DNA of 64,000 bases, from contig CAVPFX010000003.1 in the NCBI GenBank assembly GCA_963703895.1, forward strand, positions 139,049 to 203,048, in the 5' to 3' direction. Source of the DNA: an uncultured Solirubrobacterales bacterium. GTDB lineage: Bacteria; Actinomycetota; Thermoleophilia; Solirubrobacterales; 70-9. Below, one piece after another: positions 57,305 through 64,000 of this stretch. The translations under genes were made by a program, and so were the position numbers. The notes beneath the pieces were generated by a model, which saw nothing but the letters and a program-made list of their open reading frames with translations, had not been told where the DNA came from and ran no database searches. Position 1 is the stretch's first letter; each line of letters starts with the position of its first letter.

Positions 57305-58471
57305 TCATCCGCGGAAGTCGATGCGCTTCTTGTAGGCCGCGACCGCGGCGTGGACGTCGTCGATGTGATCGCCGCCGAACTTCTCGCGGTAGGTGCGGGC
57401 GAGGACGAGGCAGACCATCGCCTCGGCGACCACGGCGGCGGCCGGGACCACGGTCGAGTCGGTGCGCTCGCGCAGCGCCTGTGCCGGCTCCTTGCTCTCG
57501 GTGTCGACCGAGCGCAGCGGCTTGGTCAGGGTCGAGATCGGCTTGATCGCGGCGCGGACCGAGAGTGGCAGGCCGTTGGTCATGCCCCCCTCCAAGCCAC
57601 CGGCGTGGTTGGTCTCGCGGAAGTAGCCGCGCTCCTGCGACCAGAAGATCTCGTCGTGCGCCTCCGAGCCGGGCCGACCGGCGACGTCCCAGGCTTCGCC
57701 GATTGAAACGCCCTTCACCGACTGGATCGAGGCCACCGCGCCGGCGAGCCGGCCATCGAGCCGGTCTTCCCAGGAGATGTGCGAGCCGAGGCCAGGGACG
57801 AGGCCGAAGGCGCGCACCTCGAAGGTGCCGCCGAGGCTCTCGTTCGCCTTGCGCAGGCGGTTGATCTCGGCGACCATCGCGGCGCTCGCCTCGGCGTCGA
57901 GGCAGCGCACCGGGTCGTCGTCCACCGCGGTGAAGTCATCGGGCCCAAGGTCGTCGCGCTCGGGCGCCACGATCGAGGCGATCTGGGTGACGTGGCTGTG
58001 CACGCTGACGCCGAGGGCGCTGAGGAAGCCGCGGGCGATCGAGCCGGCGGCGACGCGGGCGGCGGTCTCGCGCGCGCTGGCCCGCTCGAGCACGTTGCGG
58101 ATGTCGGCGTGGCCGTACTTCTGGGCGCCGACCAGATCGGCGTGGCCCGGGCGCGGCAAGTGGACCTCGTCGACCGCCGCGTCGACCGGCCAGGGGTTCA
58201 TCCGCTCCTCCCAGTTGGCGTAGTCGCGGTTGGCGACGAGGAGGGCGATCGGACTGCCCAGCGTGCGGCCGTGGCGCAGGCCGGAGCGGACCTCGACCGT
58301 GTCGGTCTCGATTTTCATCCGGCCGCCGCGGCCGTGGCCGAGCTGGCGCCGCGCCATGTCACTGTCAAGCGCCTCGCGATCGAGCTCGAGCCCGGCGGGC
58401 ATGCCCTCGACAATCGCGACGAGACCCGGCCCGTGCGACTCGCCCGCTGTTGTGAACCTGAAACCGCTCAT
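57305..58471 (-). CDS. aroC: chorismate synthase
   Basis: MSGFRFTTAGESHGPGL ... RPGHADL ... RSVDT. Confidence 0.95.
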   Translation of the reverse strand: MSGFRFTTAGESHGPGLVAIVEGMPAGLELDREALDSDMARRQLGHGRGGRMKIETDTVEVRSGLRHGRTLGSPIALLVANRDYANWEERMNPWPVDAAVDEVHLPRPGHADLVGAQKYGHADIRNVLERASARETAARVAAGSIARGFLSALGVSVHSHVTQIASIVAPERDDLGPDDFTAVDDDPVRCLDAEASAAMVAEINRLRKANESLGGTFEVRAFGLVPGLGSHISWEDRLDGRLAGAVASIQSVKGVSIGEAWDVAGRPGSEAHDEIFWSQERGYFRETNHAGGLEGGMTNGLPLSVRAAIKPISTLTKPLRSVDTESKEPAQALRERTDSTVVPAAAVVAEAMVCLVLARTYREKFGGDHIDDVHAAVAAYKKRIDFRG

Positions 58472-58499
58472 CAGGGCGCCAAGGCTATCGGCGGAACGC

Positions 58500-59297
58500 T
58501 CAGCCGCGGGCGGCGGCGCGCATCGTCTCGAGCGGGGCGGGGCGGCCGGTCCAGGTTTCGAGCGAAAGGGCGCCCTGCTGGACGAGGATCTCGATGCCGT
58601 CGACCGTGATCGCGCCCGCGGCCCCCGCAGCCCGAAGCAGCGCCGTCGGCTCGCCGCCGTAGACCATGTCGACCACGGTTTGGCTGGGAGCGAAAGCGTC
58701 GCTGCTCAACGGCAGCTCGGCAAAGGGGTCCTCGCCGGCCAGCCCCACCGCGGTGGAGTTGACGATCAGCTCGTAGGCGGCGGGGTCGGGGGCGGCGACC
58801 GGCGTCCCTCCCAGTTCCTCGCTGAGGTTGCGTGAGCGCAACTCGGTGCGGTTCCAGACCTCCACCTCCGCACCCTCGCGCAGGAGAGCCCAGACGACGG
58901 CGCGGGCGGCGCCGCCGGCGCCGAGCACCAGCGCCCGCTTGTCAGCTGGCGAAGACGGCAGAGAACGCAGCAGGCCCTCGGCATCCGTGTTCTCGGCCCG
59001 GACCTCGCCCTCGGCGAAAACGAGGGTGTTGGCGGCGCCGATCTCACGAGCGGTCTCGGAGAGCTCATCGGCAAGGGACAGCGCGGCGCTCTTGTGGGGC
59101 ACGGTGACGTTGGCGCCGACGAAGCCCTCGGCCGGCATCTCCCGCACCCGCGCCGCGAGGGCATCGGGAGCAACCTCGAGCGCCTCGTAGTGCCACTCGT
59201 CGGCCAGCCCCAACTCGGCGAGGGCGGCGCTGTGCATCGCCGGCGAGCGCGAGTGGCCGACCGGGTAGCCGAGGACGGCAAGCCGGTGAATCGTCAT
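58500..59297 (-). CDS. aroE: shikimate dehydrogenase
   Basis: LGYPVGHSRSPAMHSAA, NVTVPHK and VLGAGGAARAV. Confidence 0.9.
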   Translation of the reverse strand: MTIHRLAVLGYPVGHSRSPAMHSAALAELGLADEWHYEALEVAPDALAARVREMPAEGFVGANVTVPHKSAALSLADELSETAREIGAANTLVFAEGEVRAENTDAEGLLRSLPSSPADKRALVLGAGGAARAVVWALLREGAEVEVWNRTELRSRNLSEELGGTPVAAPDPAAYELIVNSTAVGLAGEDPFAELPLSSDAFAPSQTVVDMVYGGEPTALLRAAGAAGAITVDGIEILVQQGALSLETWTGRPAPLETMRAAARG

Positions 59298-60313
59298 TCC
59301 CCGCAGCTGTCGGGCGAGTTGCCTCCAGCCGCTTCTCGGGCCGAGTTGTAGCGTTCGACGTCGGCGTTGAATTCGGCTTCGGTCGAGGAGAAGGCCAGCT
59401 TGTTGCAGGCGCCGGGCTCGACCACGTAGAAGAGGTAATCGACCTTGGCCGGGTGGGCCGCGGCCTCGATCGAGGCGAGACCAGGGCTGTTGATCGGCCC
59501 CGGCGGCAGGCCCGTGTGGGTGCGGGTGTTGTAGGGGGAGTCCACCGCCAGTTCCGATTCGGTCAGCGGCTGGGTGAAGTTGCCGGTGGCGAAGCGGGTG
59601 GTCGCGTCGATGCCCAGCGGCATCCCTTCGTGCAGGCGGTTGTAGATCACCGCGGCGACCAGCTTGCGCTGGCTTTCCAGCCCCGCCTCGCGCTCGATCA
59701 TCGAGGCGATCATGACCACGTCGTAGGTGGTCAGGTTCTTCGAGCGCGCGTAGCCCATGTCGACTCCGGCGATGCGGCGCTTGAAGTCTTCCAGCTGCAG
59801 CTGGACCAAGCTGGCGGCGCTGGCGTGCTTCTCGAGCTCGAATGTGTCCGGGAAGAGAAAGCCCTCGAGGTCCTTGGCCTCCTTGCCACCGTACTTGGCC
59901 GGGTTGAGGTACTTGGAGCGCACGCTGGCCTTCTCGTAGCTCCCGCGCAGGCCTTCCTGCTTGGCGACCTCCGCGGTCTGAGCACGGGTGTAGCCCTCGG
60001 GGATCGTCACCGTGATCGTCCGCACGACCACCGGCGGTGGCGGGGTGCTTTTGTGGAAGTGCTTGTAGGCGAGCGCGCCGATCGCGCCGATCCCAAGCAG
60101 GACCGCCGCCAGTCCAATCGCGATTCCGAGGCGGCGGTGGCTCGAGCGTTGGGGCTGGGGCGGCTTGGCGGCCTTCGCGGCCTTCGCCTTCCGCACCTTC
60201 GGTGGCTCTGGCGCAGGCGCGACCTTTGCCCGGCGCACTTCGCGCTCGCGGCGGCGTTCCGCCCGCTCGGCCGCCTGGGGGTCCTCGCCGTCGGCGAAGA
60301 AATCCTCACTCAT
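59294..60313 (-). CDS. mltG: endolytic murein transglycosylase MltG (YceG-like)
   Basis: N-terminal TM segment, then ASMIEREAG and SPYNTRTHTGLPPGPINSPG. Confidence 0.85.
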   Translation of the reverse strand: MSEDFFADGEDPQAAERAERRREREVRRAKVAPAPEPPKVRKAKAAKAAKPPQPQRSSHRRLGIAIGLAAVLLGIGAIGALAYKHFHKSTPPPPVVVRTITVTIPEGYTRAQTAEVAKQEGLRGSYEKASVRSKYLNPAKYGGKEAKDLEGFLFPDTFELEKHASAASLVQLQLEDFKRRIAGVDMGYARSKNLTTYDVVMIASMIEREAGLESQRKLVAAVIYNRLHEGMPLGIDATTRFATGNFTQPLTESELAVDSPYNTRTHTGLPPGPINSPGLASIEAAAHPAKVDYLFYVVEPGACNKLAFSSTEAEFNADVERYNSAREAAGGNSPDSCGE

Positions 60314-60710
60314 CGTCGCCCTCTTCGACCGCCGCGCGGCCGGCGAGATAGGCCTGCAAGAGGTGGGCGGCGGCGAGCGAGTCGGGGGCCGCCGAGGCGC
60401 CTTCGCGCTTGCTCGCCTCGGCCATACGAGTGGTCAGCCGCTCGTCGTAGGTCTCGACCGGAACGTCGAGGATCGCTTCCAGTTCGGTGCAGAAGGTCCG
60501 CGTCAGCGCCGCCTGACTGCCTTCCTCGCCGCTGAGATGCAGCGGCAGGCCGACGACCACGCACTCGACCTCGTGCTTGGTGACGAGGTCGGCGACCGAG
60601 CGGGCCTCGGACGGCTCGATCACTGGCAGCGGCGTCGAGAGCGTGCCGCTGGGGTCGGAGATCGCGCAGCCGATCCGAGCGGTGCCGTAGTCGAGGGCGA
60701 GGATCCGCAT
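60306..60710 (-). CDS. ruvX: Holliday junction resolvase-like RuvX (YqgF)
   Basis: MRILALDYGTARIGCAISD ... VVGLPLHLSGEEG ... YDERLTT. Confidence 0.9.
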   Translation of the reverse strand: MRILALDYGTARIGCAISDPSGTLSTPLPVIEPSEARSVADLVTKHEVECVVVGLPLHLSGEEGSQAALTRTFCTELEAILDVPVETYDERLTTRMAEASKREGASAAPDSLAAAHLLQAYLAGRAAVEEGDDE

Positions 60711-60713
60711 CGC

Positions 60714-63398
60714 TTAGCCGGCCGCCCGTTCGAGCGCGGCCCGCGCGGCCGCCAGCGCCTCGTCGAGCTTGCCCGCGTCCTTGCCACCCGCTTGCGCCAT
60801 GTCGTCGCGACCGCCGCCGCCTCCGCCGACGATCGGCGCCGCCTCGCGCACGATGGCCGCCGCCGAGAGGCCGCGCTCGACTGCACCCTTGGAGACGAGA
60901 ACGACCAGAGCGACCTTGCTTCCCTCCGCACCACCCAGGGCGACGGCGGCCGCGCCGCCGAGCTTCGACTGCACCCGGTTGGCGAGCTCGAGCAACTGCT
61001 TCTGGTCGGCGAGCGGCACCCGCGAGACGGCCAGCTTGACGCCGTTCGCCTCGATCGCCTCGGCGACGAGGCGGTCTGCCTCCTCGCCGAGCATCTGCTT
61101 CTGCGCCTGCTCGGCGCCCTTGCCTGCCTCGCGCAAGCGCTCGGCGGCGCGGCGGGCGCCAGCGGTCGGATCCTGCGGCGAGCCCAGCAGCACGCCGACC
61201 TCGTCCAGCCGCTGCTCGCGCTCGCGGAACCAGTCGATTGCCGCCGGACCGCTGAGCGCCTCGACCCGGCGCACGTTGGCGGCGCTGGAGCCCTCGGAGG
61301 CGATCTTGAAGATGCCGACCTCGGCCGTGTTGGCGACGTGGGTGCCGCCGCAGAGCTCGCGCGAGACGCCGTCGACCTCGACCACCCGCACCCACTCGCC
61401 GTACTTCTCGCCGAAGAGCGCCATCGCCCCCAGCCGCTCTGCCTCGGCCCGCTCCATCTCGATCCAGCGCACCGGCCGGCTCGCCTTGATCCACTCGTTT
61501 ACCCGGTCCTCGACCGCCCGCAAGTCCTCAGGACCAAGACCCTGGCCGTGGGTGAAGTCGAAGCGCAGCTTGTCGGGGCGCACGGCCGAACCCGCCTGGC
61601 GCACGTGGGTGCCGAGCCGCTCGCGCAGGGCCGCGTGGAGCAGGTGCGTCGCGGTGTGGTTGCGCATCGTCGCGTGGCGGGTCTCGCGATCGACCTCAGC
61701 AATAACCGGAACAAACGCGGTCTCCTCCGCTCCCGCGGGGGCGCGCTCATCATCACCGGCGATCTCGCGCCCCCGCTCCCGCGTCCGGGGACCGCTTCCC
61801 TCGATCTCAACGACCTGATCCTCGCCAACTCGATAGACGTCGACGACCTCCGCCTCGCCCCCCTCCCAGCTGATCGTGCCCGAGTCGGCAACCTGGCCGC
61901 CGCCCTCGGCGTAGAAGGGGCTCTCCTCGAGCTTGACCAGGGCGCGACCGTCCTCGCGCTCGACCGCCGCGAGGCCAGTGGTCGAGCGCAGCATCTCGTA
62001 GCCGACGAAGCGCGTGGGCGGCACCGCGCCGGCGAAGGTGATCACGCGCTCATGGCGGTCCTCGGAGCCATGCGCGGTGGCGGAGCCGACCCGGGAGCGC
62101 TGCCGTTGCTCCTCCATCAGCTCCTCGAAGCCACCGTCGTCGACCGAGAGCCCCCGCTCGGCGAGCAGCTCCTTGGTCAGGTCATAAGGGAAGCCGTAGG
62201 TGTCGTGGAGCTCGAAGGCAGCGGCGGCCTCGATCCAGGAGGTCTCCGACTCCTTAGCCTCGGCGACGAGCCGTTCGAGCAGCTCCGTGCCCCGCTCCAG
62301 GGTGCGACCGAAGCTCTCCTCCTCGTCGCCGACCCAGCGAGCGATCGTCTCGCGCTCGGCCGTCAGCTCGGGGTATGTCTCCCCCATGATCTCGATCGTG
62401 CGCTCGGCGAAGCGGCCCAGCCACGGTGCCTCGAGACCGAGGCTGCGGCCCTGCTGAATCGCCCGCCGCATGATCCGGCGCAGGATGTAGCCACGGTCCT
62501 CGTTGGAGGGCACGACGCCGTCGGCGATCAGGAAGGCGGCACCGCGCGAGTGGTCGGCGACGATCCGCATCGCCCGGGTCACCGCACCGCCCTCGTCGTA
62601 GGAGTTGCCCGACATCTCCTCGGCGAGGTCGATCAGCGGTCGGACCAAGTCGGTCTCATAAACCGAGGGCACGTCCTGGAGGATCGCCGCCATCCGGTCG
62701 AGCCCCATGCCGGTGTCGATGTTGCGCATCGGCAGCGGCGTCAGCGAGCCGTCGGTGCCGAGGTCGTAAGTCATGAAGACGTGGTTCCAGAACTCGAGGA
62801 AGCGATCCGTGTCATCGCCGGGGCGCTCGCCATCGGCGCCGAACTCGGGGCCGCGGTCCAAGTAGAGCTCCGAGCAGGGACCGCAGGGGCCCGCCGGGCC
62901 CGCTTGCCAGAAGTTGTCCTCGCGGCCGAGGCGGACGATGCGCTCCTCGGGGACGCCGACGCGGCGCCAGACCTCGATCGCCTCCTCGTCGGGACCGAGC
63001 CCGAGCTCCTCGTCGCCGCCGAAGACGGTCACCCAGATTCGCTCCGGCTCCATCCCGAAGCCCTCGGTCGAGAGCTCCCAGCCCCAGGGAATCGACTCCT
63101 CCTTGAAGTAGTCGCCGAAGCTCCAGTTGCCGAGCATCTCGAAGAAGGTGAGGTGGCGCGCCGTGTTGCCAACCTCCTCGATGTCGGTCGTGCGGAAGCA
63201 CTTCTGCACGTCAGCGAGGCGCGGCGCCGGCGGCTTCTCGCGACCGAGGAAGTAGGGCTTGAACGGCTGCATGCCCGCCGTCGTCAGCAGCACCGAGGGA
63301 TCGTGAACCGAGGGCACCAGCGAGGCCGAGGGCACGATCTTGTGCCCGCGCTGCTCGAAAAAGGAGAGGTAGATCTGGCGAATGTCGCTGGCCTTCAT
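60714..63398 (-). CDS. alaS: alanine--tRNA ligase
   Basis: FFEQRGHKIVPSASLVP, FEMLGNWSFGDYFK, and RNHTATHLLH...C..THV editing-domain motifs. Confidence 0.95.
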   Translation of the reverse strand: MKASDIRQIYLSFFEQRGHKIVPSASLVPSVHDPSVLLTTAGMQPFKPYFLGREKPPAPRLADVQKCFRTTDIEEVGNTARHLTFFEMLGNWSFGDYFKEESIPWGWELSTEGFGMEPERIWVTVFGGDEELGLGPDEEAIEVWRRVGVPEERIVRLGREDNFWQAGPAGPCGPCSELYLDRGPEFGADGERPGDDTDRFLEFWNHVFMTYDLGTDGSLTPLPMRNIDTGMGLDRMAAILQDVPSVYETDLVRPLIDLAEEMSGNSYDEGGAVTRAMRIVADHSRGAAFLIADGVVPSNEDRGYILRRIMRRAIQQGRSLGLEAPWLGRFAERTIEIMGETYPELTAERETIARWVGDEEESFGRTLERGTELLERLVAEAKESETSWIEAAAAFELHDTYGFPYDLTKELLAERGLSVDDGGFEELMEEQRQRSRVGSATAHGSEDRHERVITFAGAVPPTRFVGYEMLRSTTGLAAVEREDGRALVKLEESPFYAEGGGQVADSGTISWEGGEAEVVDVYRVGEDQVVEIEGSGPRTRERGREIAGDDERAPAGAEETAFVPVIAEVDRETRHATMRNHTATHLLHAALRERLGTHVRQAGSAVRPDKLRFDFTHGQGLGPEDLRAVEDRVNEWIKASRPVRWIEMERAEAERLGAMALFGEKYGEWVRVVEVDGVSRELCGGTHVANTAEVGIFKIASEGSSAANVRRVEALSGPAAIDWFREREQRLDEVGVLLGSPQDPTAGARRAAERLREAGKGAEQAQKQMLGEEADRLVAEAIEANGVKLAVSRVPLADQKQLLELANRVQSKLGGAAAVALGGAEGSKVALVVLVSKGAVERGLSAAAIVREAAPIVGGGGGGRDDMAQAGGKDAGKLDEALAAARAALERAAG

Positions 63399-63427
63399 GG
63401 TCGAGAGCCTAAGGTCTACGGGCGCCG

Positions 63428-64000
63428 TCAGGACGCCGCGACGATGGTGCCGTGGCCGACGATCGCCTCGCCGGCGAGCAGCACGGCGGTCTGTCCCGGC
63501 GAGGCGCCGGCAAAGTCCTCGCCCAAGGCAACGTCGAGCCGGGCGTGAGAGCCGGTATCGCTCGCCGATAGAGCGGCCGGCACGGGCTGGGAGCGGTAGC
63601 GAAGGCGGACTGCATCGACGCTGTCACCTGTCCGGTGCAGAACGGCGTTGTGGAGCTTCACCGTGCGCGCCATCAGCTCGCGCCGCGGGCCAACCGTGAC
63701 GGTGTTCGCCGCCGCGTCGGTGGCGAGCACGTAGAGCGGCTCCTCGGCGGAGACGCGGATCCCTCGCCGCTGGCCGACGGTGAAATTGTGGTGGCCGCGG
63801 TGGCGCCCGATCGCCCGACCGGAGCGATCGATCAGGTCCCCCTCGCGCTCGCGCAAGCCACCGTGCCGGCGCAGGAAGTCCGCCTTGCCCTGGCCGGAGA
63901 GGAAGCAGAGGTCCTGGCTCTCGGGCTTCTTCGCCACTGCCAGTTCGTGGCGAGCGGCGATCTCGCGCACCTCCGGCTTGGTCAGCTCGGTGAGCGGGAA
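63428..64000 (-). CDS. mnmA: tRNA 2-thiouridine(34) synthase MnmA, C-terminal part (gene continues beyond the window end)
   Basis: FPLTELTKPEVREIA (hand-read from 63971-64000) and KPESQDLCFL. The frame is open to position 64000. Confidence 0.85.
   Translation of the reverse strand, partial: FPLTELTKPEVREIAARHELAVAKKPESQDLCFLSGQGKADFLRRHGGLREREGDLIDRSGRAIGRHRGHHNFTVGQRRGIRVSAEEPLYVLATDAAANTVTVGPRRELMARTVKLHNAVLHRTGDSVDAVRLRYRSQPVPAALSASDTGSHARLDVALGEDFAGASPGQTAVLLAGEAIVGHGTIVAAS

Noticed and set aside
60165-63548. 1127-aa plus-strand ORF, the longest plus-strand ORF in the track
   Set aside because: It is antisense to alaS, whose minus-strand translation carries unmistakable AlaRS motifs. 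Its own translation is Arg/Gly/Ala/Leu-rich and lacks motifs, as expected for a stop-poor antisense frame in high-GC DNA.

Overview
High-GC chromosomal segment with actinobacterial-type gene order. Almost all genes are on the minus strand. Four housekeeping blocks are clear: (1) dnaG-dgt-recO-fpg-xerD, (2) pyrG-steA-recN-nadK-tlyA, (3) dxs-ispA-xseB-nusB, (4) efp ... pepQ-aroQ-aroKB-aroC-aroE-mltG-ruvX-alaS-mnmA. Accessory DNA interrupts them in four places. (i) 1-4181 is a remnant of an integrated element (primase-helicase, Xis-like HTH) that abuts a truncated tRNA-Met. (ii) 22156-25260 carries an MFS pump plus a two-gene exported module, inserted between nadK and recN. (iii) 27.1-32.4 kb is a cassette region bounded by a three-copy mosaic repeat; it holds a replication-relaxation gene, VapBC, a possible HEPN protein and a GNAT. 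(iv) About 14 kb (35.9-49.9 kb) is wedged between nusB and efp. The island in (iv) is the most interesting object. It encodes a tandem-TetR regulator and nine same-strand exported proteins of unknown function: two giants of 1171 and 1124 aa, PEBP lipoproteins, and two paralog families, two members of which are conspicuously AT-rich. A second copy of its core two-gene module lies 13 kb away in (ii). No CRISPR array or rRNA was seen. All calls come from reading the sequence and translations by eye; no database searches were run.
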